Positions 33,899-45,600 of a DNA stretch of 64,000 nucleotides are shown piece after piece (the stretch's first letter is position 1; each line of letters starts with the position of its first letter). The position numbers and the translations under genes are program-made. The stretch lies in IMG/VR virus record IMGVR_UViG_3300032250_000070, positions 1-64,000 of that record, one strand, 5' to 3'. Source of the stretch: a virus. Lineage: Duplodnaviria > Heunggongvirae > Uroviricota > Caudoviricetes. The notes under the pieces are model-generated. The model saw nothing but the letters and a program-made list of their open reading frames with translations. It did no database searches and was not told the origin of the DNA.

Positions 33899-36676
33899 AT
33901 GGCATCGTTTACTGATCAAATACAAACATTTAACCCTTACGTCTCCCAGGCTCCTTTGATAGAAGCTATGGTCGCTGTTGGCACTCAAAAGCAACAACAG
34001 TATGACCAAGGTGTGCAAAAGATTCAAGGGTATGTAGATAGCATTGCTGGTATGGATGTTGTTAATGACGCTGACAAAAAGTATTTACAGTCCAAGCTAA
34101 ATGACTTGGGTAGTAAGTTAAAGACTGTTGCAGCAGGAGACTTCTCTAACCAACAACTAGTTAACTCTGTTGGTGGTATGGCTACTCAGATTGTTAAAGA
34201 TCCTACAGTTCAGAATGCTGTATACTCTACAGCTAATTATAGAAAAGAATTAGCTAGATTACAGAAAGATGTAGAAGAAGGAAAGTCTAGTCCAGCTAAT
34301 ATTGAGTTCTTTAACAAAAGAGCTAACAGTTGGTTATCTTCTGATAAAGCTGGTCAAAAGTTTTCAGCAAGTTATATTCCTTATTTTGATGTACAGAAGT
34401 TTGCTAAAGAAACATTTGATTCTGTAAAGCCTGATGGTTTTACAATTGATCAAGTGTATGAAACAGATACTCAGGGTAATATCAAACTTGATAAAGCAGG
34501 TAGACCTATCTATTCTCCAACAATGAAAAGAATGGAACAAGAAGGTAGATTTCCAGAGAAGGTAAAACAAACTATAGAACAAATCTTCTCTGATAGTAGA
34601 GTGGGTCAACAATTAGATATTTCAGGCCAATATGAATATAGAGGTTACTCTCCAGAGATGTTAACTCAAAAAGTCAACTTACAAAAAGAAGGACTTATAT
34701 CTAAATATGATGAACAGATAAATGAACTTGCTTTACAAAAAGGTACAGGTAAGGATGTCCAAGCTCAGATAGATCAACTTGAGTTAAGAAAGAATAACAT
34801 TAGAAGTCAGTATGATGATATAATGACTGTAGCTCAAGATAATCCAGATGCTATCAGATCTCTTTTATATAAGGATGATGTTAAAGGTAGATTCACCACA
34901 ATGTTTGGTGAGATGAAAACTAAAGAAACTTTGATGAACAATCCAGGTTGGGAAGCTAACTTCAAGTTACAACAAGAAGCTAATGAACAATCTAGATGGG
35001 CTCAAGGAATGGCATGGGATGTTAAGAAGTTTAACATAGGATTATCAGAGGCAGAGAAAAATCGCAACTTACAAGTACTTCTTGCTCAAATGAAAGGAAC
35101 CAAAGGTAAAGGTGTTGATACTAATGGTGATGGTATTCCTGATGATTTTGGAGCAGGTGCTGGTTTTGAACAAGGTGATATGCCAGGTAATGTTGATCTT
35201 ATTGCTAGATTTGAATCAGAGTTAACTAATGCTGCAGATGACTTTACTAATGCTTCTGATAACTTTATTTGGAATGCAGCTATATCTAAAGTGCCTGGAA
35301 ACCAGGCTAAGCTTGATTCTATGATGAAGCAAGGAATTGGTAAAGACCAAGCTATTAAAAACTTACTTGATAATACAGCAGCTCAAAATAAAGAAACTCC
35401 AGAAAACTTTAGAGCTAGATGGGGAGATAAAGCTACAGTGGCTTATAATAATATGACTGCTGAACAAAAGAAAAGAAACCCAGATCTTCAAGATGCTTAT
35501 TATCTATATGGTGAATCAAGAAGAAACTATGATGTATTAAATACTGTTAAAACTAAAGTTAACGAGGTTACAGGAAATATACTAGGAAAGGATGTTGATA
35601 AGACAAAAGTAATTGAAGGAGTTAAACCTGTTACAGGTTTCATTAAAGGTAAACCTGTTCAACTTACTCCAGAAGACTTTTATGATATGGCAATTTATCT
35701 AAAAGGTAATGCCTCTTCTGCTGGATTCTTAAATGATAAAACTGCAAGAGAACAAGCTAAGAAAGCTGAAGCTAGATTAGACTTAAGAGGTAAATCAGAA
35801 TTATTACCTATATTATTAGAACAACAAGGTAAAACTAAAGGAGGACTTATAACAGGTGCTATAAGAGGAGTAAAAGCTTTAGCAAGTTTAGCAACAGCAG
35901 GAGGACCTGTTCCAAATATGGGTGCAATGAATCTTGTTGATTTATCTCAAGTTAATAAGATATATGATAAGTTAGGAGATGATTATGCAGGAGCTTTAAA
36001 AACAAAAGCAGATGTTGTAAAACAATACTATAACATTCAGCCAAACTTAAAAGCTGGTTTATTAACTGGAGATGCTGGTGATGATAAAGTTATGTTAGAT
36101 AAGTTAACAAGATATGCTGCTAATTATAACACAGCAGGAAAAAACCTTTCCCCTGACTTTAAAGCGTTTGCTTCTAATGTTGGTGGTAAAGATGTTACTT
36201 ATGAAGCACAAGTTATTACAGGTCCTGGAAGCAAACCAGTAGTAGAAATTGTAGCATATGGTGGAGAAGATAATAAGAGATTAGGTGGTATGATTGTAGC
36301 TGATGATGAGTCTACTAGACTTGGTATTAATCCTGCAACCTTGTATGAACCAAAGCAAGTAACTAATCTTAGAACTTATATCCAAGCAAATGGTGACCAA
36401 ACTTCTAAGGGAGATCCTAAAGAAAAGCAAACTTACATGCAAGGAGACAGTTATCTTAAGACTCCTAATTTTATAAACTTGAGAGGAAGTGGATATGATG
36501 CAGCTGCTAACATTACATATAAAAATGGTTTATATTATGCAAACATATTTGGAAGCGATGGCAGAAGATCAAACATAATGACTATGCCAGGTAGTCCAAA
36601 CTTGCAAGCTGTTCTTCAGAACTTAACAAATAACGTAAACACACAGTGGATTGAAGCACTTTTAACTGAAAGATAA
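33899..36676 (+). CDS. large virion-associated protein (925 aa), function unknown
   Basis: It is TAATG-coupled to the next giant ORF. Confidence 0.5.
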   Translation: MASFTDQIQTFNPYVSQAPLIEAMVAVGTQKQQQYDQGVQKIQGYVDSIAGMDVVNDADKKYLQSKLNDLGSKLKTVAAGDFSNQQLVNSVGGMATQIVKDPTVQNAVYSTANYRKELARLQKDVEEGKSSPANIEFFNKRANSWLSSDKAGQKFSASYIPYFDVQKFAKETFDSVKPDGFTIDQVYETDTQGNIKLDKAGRPIYSPTMKRMEQEGRFPEKVKQTIEQIFSDSRVGQQLDISGQYEYRGYSPEMLTQKVNLQKEGLISKYDEQINELALQKGTGKDVQAQIDQLELRKNNIRSQYDDIMTVAQDNPDAIRSLLYKDDVKGRFTTMFGEMKTKETLMNNPGWEANFKLQQEANEQSRWAQGMAWDVKKFNIGLSEAEKNRNLQVLLAQMKGTKGKGVDTNGDGIPDDFGAGAGFEQGDMPGNVDLIARFESELTNAADDFTNASDNFIWNAAISKVPGNQAKLDSMMKQGIGKDQAIKNLLDNTAAQNKETPENFRARWGDKATVAYNNMTAEQKKRNPDLQDAYYLYGESRRNYDVLNTVKTKVNEVTGNILGKDVDKTKVIEGVKPVTGFIKGKPVQLTPEDFYDMAIYLKGNASSAGFLNDKTAREQAKKAEARLDLRGKSELLPILLEQQGKTKGGLITGAIRGVKALASLATAGGPVPNMGAMNLVDLSQVNKIYDKLGDDYAGALKTKADVVKQYYNIQPNLKAGLLTGDAGDDKVMLDKLTRYAANYNTAGKNLSPDFKAFASNVGGKDVTYEAQVITGPGSKPVVEIVAYGGEDNKRLGGMIVADDESTRLGINPATLYEPKQVTNLRTYIQANGDQTSKGDPKEKQTYMQGDSYLKTPNFINLRGSGYDAAANITYKNGLYYANIFGSDGRRSNIMTMPGSPNLQAVLQNLTNNVNTQWIEALLTER

Positions 36677-39600
36677 TGCCAGATAAAATAGTAAACTTAG
36701 GGGGTACAATTGAGGGTTTTCCAAATACACCTGTAGTAAATACAGATATTAGACAATCTAAAGGACCTACTCCTTCTATAACTGATTTGTATACACAAGG
36801 ATTAGGCACTGTTAAACCAGCAGGTATAGAGGCTATTCCTACGTCCAATCTATATGTTGGAGAAAGATATGCTGCTGTTAGACCTGGTGAAGACTTAGAA
36901 GAAATGTATGGTCAGCAACAATCTAGTGCAGATAAATGGAAGAACGGTGCTATTAAGTTTTTTGGTACTGCAACTGCTTCTCTTGTTTCTGGTACAGCTG
37001 GTCTTGTTTATGGTGTGGGTTCTGCTATAAAAGATGGAAAGTTTTCTAGTCTTTATAATAATGATTTGACTAGAAAGATGGATGAGACATTTATCCAAGG
37101 TTTAGACAATACTGCTCCTAACTATTATACAACAAAAGAAAGAGATGCTGAGTGGTGGTCTCCTGATAACATATGGACTGCTAACTTCTTCTCAGATAAG
37201 CTGATGAAGAACTTAGGTTACACAGTGGGTGCTTTAGCAGGTGGTGTGGGTTGGGCTAAGTTATTAAAAACATTAGGTACAACAAATGCATTAGTTAGAG
37301 GTGGGTATGGTTTAGAAGCTGTAACTGCTGCAGAAAATGCAATGCAAGCTGTTCCTAAAGTAAATCAATTTGCTGCATTTGATGGTGCAGTTAATTCTAT
37401 AGCTCAGAAATATTTAAAGACTCCTTTAGCTAAGGTATTAAGTGATCCTGAAAGAATTGTTGCTTCTACAATGGGTACGTTTGGTGAAGCTTCATTAGAG
37501 GCTTTGCAAAATGCAAATGAGTTTAGAAAAGGAGCAATAGAACAATATGTAAGAAAGTATGGTAAAAATCCTACAGGTGCTGACCTAGAAGAGATTGATG
37601 AGTACGTAAGTAGTGTTGGTAACTTCACTTGGGGAATGAATACTTTATTATTAACTGGCACAAACTATATTCAACTTCCAAAGATATTAGGTTCTTCTAA
37701 TAGAGCTGATAAGATGTTACTTAATCAGATTGAAAAGAAAGGACAAGGTGCTGCCTTCACAGAAGTGATGCCAGCTACTAAGTTTGGAAAAGTGTTACAA
37801 AGATCAAAGGATGTTTCAAAACTATTCTTTGCTCCATCAGAAGCATTTGAAGAAGGTGCACAGTTTGCCATCCAAGTAGGTACAAATGATTATTTCAATA
37901 GAGCCTTTAGAAACAGACAAGGTACACAAGACTTCTTGACTGCTCTAAGTGGTACTATGGGTAATGTACTTGGTAAAGGTGTAGAAGAGACTATATCTAC
38001 TAAAGAAGGTTTAGAAAGTATATTGATTGGTGGCTTGTCTGGTGGATTACAACAAGCTAGAAATACAATTAGAGAGCAAGGTGTATTAGGTACAGGAGGA
38101 TTAAGAAGAGCTAATACAGATATTGCTCTAGGTGCTTTAAATCAAAGTAATGTTGAAACTGTACTTGGAGACTATGCTAGATATATTGGTATTGGTATTG
38201 GTTCTCAAAAGGCTAGACAACAAGCTATTGTAAATAATGATAAGGTTTCTGAGAAAGACTTTGAGAATGACTTCACTCTATCTTACATTATGCCAAGAGT
38301 TAAGTATGGTAAGGTGGATTCTATTGGAGAAGAACTTTCATACTACTCTCAACAATCATCTACAGAAGAAGGCTTCCAACAATTGGTTGCAAATGGTATT
38401 GTAAATGCTGGTGAAAGTAGAGAAGATTTCTTAGCTAGAATTACAAATGTTGGAAGAATCACTAAGAACATTAATGATCTTTATGATTCATTAGGTAGAA
38501 AATATAGTAATCAACCTGGCTATACATCAGAGATCTTAGATAAGATGGTGTATTCTTTAGCCAAGGTAGGTAGTTATGATGTACGTATTCCTGAAGTAAA
38601 CAGTCTATTGTTCACAGCAGGAGTTAATACACAAGACATATTACAAAGTGTTATCAAGGAAAACAAACCTAACAAAGAAGCTGTAGAAGAATCATTGAAA
38701 CAAATCAATGAGATGGATGTAACTTCTGAGACTAAGGATGATCTTAAGACAGCATTGTCTGACATCATTGAGTTAGGCTTACGTAGGAAAATGTTTATTG
38801 ATGAGTATGATGCTATCAAGGCTAATCCTACAGAATTCCAATTCAAGCCTGATGTAGAGTTTGGTGCTACAGAAGAGGTGCCTGTAACAGTGTTAGAAGG
38901 AGAAGAGGAGGCAGTTACTCCAGAAGGACAGATTGAATTATTCCCTACAAAGAAAGAAAGAAAACTAGAGGTTGGTAAAGAATACTTCTTGAAACAACCT
39001 GTTAGAAAAGAAGAGAATACACTTACCCTAGCACCTAAGATTAAGGTGTTATCTCAAACATTGGGTGGTGAGTTTGAAGTGCAACTACCTAAAGGTAATG
39101 TCAGCTTCTTGACTCCTGAAGATTTTGCAACATTAGATTTGGCAGATGAAGGTGCAGAATCACCAGAGTTGAAAGACATCATGGATGCTGCTATTGATAA
39201 CGTATTATCTAAACCAGAGTTTGCAGATGTAACACTTCCTGAGGGAGAAGATAAGTTAGCATCTCTTAACTCTTTAAACAATGCACAATTAGTTGATGCT
39301 GTTGAGACTGAGTTCAATGCACTTTCAGAAACATATTTGAAAGAACAAGCTGATCTTCAAGCTAATAGAGATAAGATGAACGCTGTAGCAGATAAGATTA
39401 AATCTGCACAAACTGATATTGCTGCTACATCTGGAGTTGTCCCAACAGGCAACAATGATGAAGACTTAATGAATACTCCTAAGGAGACTCCTAAGAAAGA
39501 TGTAGGTATATTGTTTACCTCTTCTACGTCTGCTTCTGTTGACTGGGAGAAAGTATTAGCTCCTAACGTTACACGTTATAATGAGTTTATAAACAAGGTA

Positions 39601-42600
39601 AAGACCTTTAAGAATAATAAGAACATCAAAGCTATTGTTGTCACTCAGAAACAAGAAGCTGCATTAGGACTAGCTGGTCTTGGTGAACTATCTTTTAGAG
39701 AAGGTAACTTTGATACAGATTTATTGAATGATCCTATTGAAGGATTCATTGGTCTTGTGTTTGTAGAAGATAAGAAAGGAGAAAGACAATTTGTAGATAA
39801 GGATGGTAATCCTATTGGTAAGGTGGGTGAGCAAGTAGAATTAAACAAGGTGGTATTTACAAGCATGCCTGCTGCTAAACTAACTAATAGTAAAGGTGAA
39901 CCTAGAAATAGAGCTGGTCAAGAAGAACAAGCTGCATTAGAGTTAGCTGCATACGAAGTATATCGTAAAGACTTAAGAGAAGCTGCTGAAGAAGAATATC
40001 CAATATTTAACTTCACTCCATCTAAAGGTATTGCTATTACAGATGACGTTAAGAAATCTGTAGGTGGTGTTCTTATTCCTGAGAATCAAATTACTACACA
40101 ACAAGTTTTGACTGTTGTGACTAAAGGAGGTGTTGACCATGTAGATGGTATAACTTATAACTTTCCTAATGGCAGACCTGTATTCCAAGACCAAGATACA
40201 TTAGAATATCTAAACAACTCTAACTTAACTAAAGACCAAGCAAGTGCAGTTTATAATGTACTTAAAGCTATGTCTAATGAAGCTAAGCAACAAATTGCTG
40301 CTAAGAAGCCAGTTAAGTTTAATGAGATATATAAGAGATTTTTACAAGGTGTTACATTCTATACCAACGCAGATGCTGTAGCAAAGGGTGTGGGTGAAGG
40401 AAGTGGCAATCGTATTTATATAGAGGGATCTGTATTACACATTGGAACTAATACATATGACTTTGCTAATATAGACAAACAAGAAATTCCTATTGTAAGT
40501 GATTTACAAGGAGTGTTTCATAATGTAAATAGCTTCACAGTTAACTTAGGACTAGGTGAACCATTTGTAGAGTTTTATGTAGACAATAATAAATTACAAC
40601 AAAGAAGTTGGAAGAACTATCAGTCTTATTTGTTAGCAAGTAAGAACCCTGATGGATCTGGACGTATAGCTCCTTTGACAACAAATGTGGTTAAGCCTAC
40701 AGTGGCTGTTCCTTATACACACAAACAAAAGTACATCATTCTAAATGGCTTAGAACTTCCAAAACAATCTGTAGTTAAACCTGCAGAACCTGGAGTGGAG
40801 ACATATAAGTCTAATGTAGGAAACATTACATATAAAGTTACTACAGATGAGAAAGGTGACTTCACTGTAGAGTTGGTTGGTGAGAATCCAAACGTTCAGA
40901 AGATTGTAGACAGTCCAGAATTAATGGCTGTAGCTACACAACAACTTAAAGACTTAGGCAAGTTTGATGAGTTAGATCAACCTGTTGAGACTGCTGCTAA
41001 GTTTGCTGTTGAGTTCATTACAGCTAAGCTTGTTAAAGATAAAGCAGAGGTGGCTCCTGTTGAAGAAAAACCTGAACAAACAGAACAACCTAAGAACATC
41101 AACATTGGTGATGCTGAATATAGAAGAATTGGTAGAACAGATGTAGATAGAATAAGTGATACTGAGCTTGCGTTGTTTAAAGAATGGCACGCTAAGAATG
41201 CTAAAACTATTCCTTACGAAGTGTTAGAGAATGTTATTAACATCAATAGCACAGAGAAGGCATGGGGAGCATTTGAGAATGGTGTGGCTAAGTTCTTTAA
41301 AGGAGCTCAAAGAGGTACAGAATACCATGAGATATTTGAAGGTATCTGGAAAGGTTTCTTATCTCAAGGAGAACAACAATCTATCCTTGATGAGTTCAAA
41401 TCTCAAACAGGTTCTTTCTTAGATAGAGAGTCTGGTAGAAGAATAGATTATGCAAACGCTACAGATCAACAAGCTAAGGAAAGAATAGCTGATGACTTTG
41501 CTGAGTTCAGACTTGGTAAGTTACCTGCTAGAAACCTTACAGAAAAGATTAAGAACTTCTTCAAAGCTATTATGGATTTCTTCAAATCATTTGTAAATAA
41601 ACCTACATTGAAAGAAGACTTATTCAAAGCTATAGATACAGGTGAGTTTGCAGATAGAACCCTTCCTGAAACTATTAAGAATGAAGCTGCTGAGTATAGA
41701 AAGATTGAAGGTATAAATGCTAAGCAAACTAATGAGTTTGTACAAGACATTACAGCTAGAGTATTTGGTGAGATATTTGCCAACAACAGCTCTTTGTTTA
41801 ATATAGAAGATATTACAGCTTCTGATTTATTTAATAGAATCAAGGAGAAATACATACAGAACAATGTTATAGGTGACAATCCTGCAACACAAATCACTGA
41901 GAATCAATACGTTAAGTTAGTTGAAAGAACTAAAGAGTTCTTGAAGACATACAGAATTGAGTTTGATGAAGATAGTAGAGTTACAGTTAATGATGATGGA
42001 GCTAATAGAAAAGACTATGCAGCTGAAGCATTCACTGTTAATTTCAAGAAGTCTTCTCCATACGCTGTTAAGTTATTGATTGGTACTTTGATTAAGACTA
42101 AAGGTTTGAATCAAGAAGCAGTTGCAACACTTAAACGTCCTGAAGCTGATACGTCTAGTATTGGTGGACTTAAGTTGTTACCCTTCAATCAAGCGTTCAC
42201 AACTTTGATGAATAGACTTTCTAACACAAGAAGTATCCCTGAGTTTGTGTCTAAGCTACATGAGTTAGCTAAACAGAACAGTGACTACGTTAGATTGTTT
42301 GAGCGTTTAGGTGGTAACTTAACCACTGGTAAGATTGACTTTAATTCTTATAAACCTCATGACATTAGATTGTTTACTAACTTCTATCAAGTGTTTACAA
42401 AACAAAGACCTGATGCGTTAGCTATGTTCATGGATGGTAATAATGTATACTCTGCTCCTGCTAATCAGGCTTCTGCTATTGCTGCAACAAGATCTGAGTG
42501 GATAGAGAATATGAAGACTAAGGCTGAACAGCCTGGTTCTATTATTAGTTATGATGAGAAGAAGAAAATCTATACAGTTAAGAAAGAGGATTACAACATT

Positions 42601-45600
42601 AAGACTCCTCAAGATAAGGTAGAGTTCTTAGCACAATTGGGTATTGAGTTCCCAATGGCTGTATACAATAAGGTGAAGAACAAGAAAGCTTTCTCTGATG
42701 CTGTAAGTGGTATTAAGTTAGGTCTTAGTAAGACAGATGAGTTGATGAGCTTTGGTGGTAGAAAGCTTGGTATTCGTACACAGTTAAATGAGTTAGCTAA
42801 GTTATATACAATAGCTGCTTCTCCTGCAGAAGACAGCACGTACTTTGGTGTAGATGGTAATAGAATACAATCTGACACAGATGCAAACTATCCTTCTTTA
42901 TTAGAATACGTATTTAACTCTTCTGACACGTTAGAAGAATTGAAGCAGAACATGCCTCAGTTAAATGATGTATTCTCTACAAACAGCCAAGTGTTAAAGC
43001 TAGGTGGTAAGTTCTTTGATGAAGAAGGTAATAGAATTGCTGAGATCAAGTTACAATACATACAGGGAGTTAAGGATGTTGTAGACAATGAAGGACAATC
43101 AACATCTTCTCTAAGCATAGGTGATAGGTACATTACAGAAATGAACCAAAACCTAGATGGTAGATATTATGTATTAATCCCTGCAGATAGTTCTAGAGAG
43201 TGGATGATGGACTTAGGTAATACAATTGCCTACACAGATGTAGCTGCTGGTAATGCAGATAAGCTATTCACTGATACATTCTTAGGATACTTAAAGGATG
43301 AGATTAAGTTAGCTCAAGATAGTACTAACAGAACTAAGCTTAGAAACGTAGGAGATAAAGCTACAGAGCTTAGATTCTTAAAGGATATGCTTCCTGCTAC
43401 ATTATTAAATAAGATACAAAAGCTTATTGATAACAGAGCATCAGAAGAAAGCATTAATGATTTTATTAATACAAATCGTGAAGATTTAGATGCAGCTATA
43501 TTAAAGTCATTAGATAACACTGTTGTTAAGACTAGACAAAACTTAGTGGAGACACAAAAGGTTATTGCTAGTAAAGAAGCAGGTAGTTTCTTAATGCCTG
43601 AGTTAGAGAACAGATTCACTGAAAAGGCTGGCTTGAATAAGTTAGGTTTGGCAGATCAAGATGTTAATAATGTTATCAAGTTTGCTAATGCTAACTACAT
43701 GATTAACAACGTGGAGTTCCACAAGATCTTATTTGGTGATCCATATCAGTTTGAGGTTAAGGGCAATCAGTTAGATGAGACTAAGCGTATTAAGTCTTTC
43801 TTATCTCCAAGAAGAATCACTGTAAACTCTGATGAGTTTAACAACTTATTTAATAGTGAATACAATACAGTGGCTGGTGTTCAATTAACACCTAATGATT
43901 ATGGATATCATGAGCATAAGAACTTTGCTAAGACATTCACAGCTGCTGACGTAAATGTAACAGATAGTTTCTATCCTAAATCAAATGAAGCAGATGCTGC
44001 TTCTTGGATTATGGATGCTGCATATAAAGAGGTAAAGTTAAAGAATGGTCAATGGTCAGATGAGGCTGAAGATTGGCATCAATGGCAAATGGCTTATACA
44101 AGACAAAATGTTCCTGGCTACAAATATTCTAGTGATGCTCTTCGCAAACATGATGAAGCGTTAGTAGAACAACCTGAACCTTTATATGTTACAGATGTAT
44201 TGAAACCTATTGTATCTGGTAACAAGTTTGGTAAAGCAAACTTTGATCTAGTTTTGGATAAGTTTTCACAAATGCCTTTGTACTATAAAGCTGTAGAAGG
44301 AACTAACCTTGGCAAGTTCTATGAGAAGATGTTTAAGGAAGGTTATGACTATGCTGTAGTAGTTTCTGGTAGAAAGGTGGGTGCTGAGAAGTTACACAAA
44401 CTATATGTAGATGGTAACTTTAATGAAGAAGCATTTAACAATACAATCAATGTTGGCTGGGATACTTATGGTATCCAAGTAGAGAATAGCTATGACAAAG
44501 ATAGCAAACAAACTCTTGGTTCTCAGTTAACTAAGCTTGCCACTGTTGACTTATACAGTGATGGTAAGGCTAATAATGAAGCTGCTAGAAAAGCAGTAGA
44601 GAAGAACACTGAGGTGTTGAAAGAGATGTTACTTAATGGATATCAAGAGTTATTAAGAAAGCTTGGTATTGAAGATCTAGGTGACAACTTTGTTGTTAAA
44701 GACAAAACTGTTGTAGCTGATACATTAAGACAAGAAATGCTTAAGAGAGAAATGTCTGAGAATGGTATTGATAGTATATCTATTGATCCTGAAACTGGAG
44801 AGTTTTATATGCCATTCGAAGCATCTACAAACTACATTCAGATCAAGAACATCTTGTATTCAATTGTAGACAAGTCTATTGTATCTCCTAAGGTGAGTGG
44901 TTTCCCTGCTGTACAGGTTCCTGTAACAATGTGGGAGAAAGCTGGTGAGTCTAGAGGAGAAGGATTAAAGAAGTCTGCTCTTAAGTTCTATAGCAAAGAA
45001 GATAAATACATGGAGGTATATCTTCCTGCATGGTTCAAGAAACAATTACCTAAGGGTAAAACTGATGAAGAGTTAATTGAGTTATTAAAAGATTCAGAGA
45101 TATTAAAAGGTATAGGATTTCGTATCCCAACACAGGGCTTAAACTCTGCAGAGGTATTTAAAATCAAAGGTTTCCTACCTGAGTTTATGGGTAAGACAAT
45201 TGTGGTTCCTTCTGAGATTACTACAAAGGCTGGATCTGACTTTGACATAGATAAATTAAATCTATACTTAAAGAATATATATGTAACTCCTTCTGGTGAG
45301 ATTAAGTCTGTACCATTCTTTGGATATGGAGATCAAGCTAAAGAGGCTATCAAGAAGTTTATTCTTGAAGAAGATATCAAAGCAATGTTAGATATCAATA
45401 GTGAAATCTCTGGAAGCAGAGTGGATGACTATGGTACATTAGCAGATAAGCTTTACAAACAATCTCTTGAGAATGAATACTTTAGATCTATTGAAGAGTT
45501 ATTAACTCTACCAGAGAACTTTGATAGATTGACTTCTCCTAATACAGACAAGACTCTTAAAGAGATTGCTGATGATTTAGATACATTAAGAGGAGAGAAT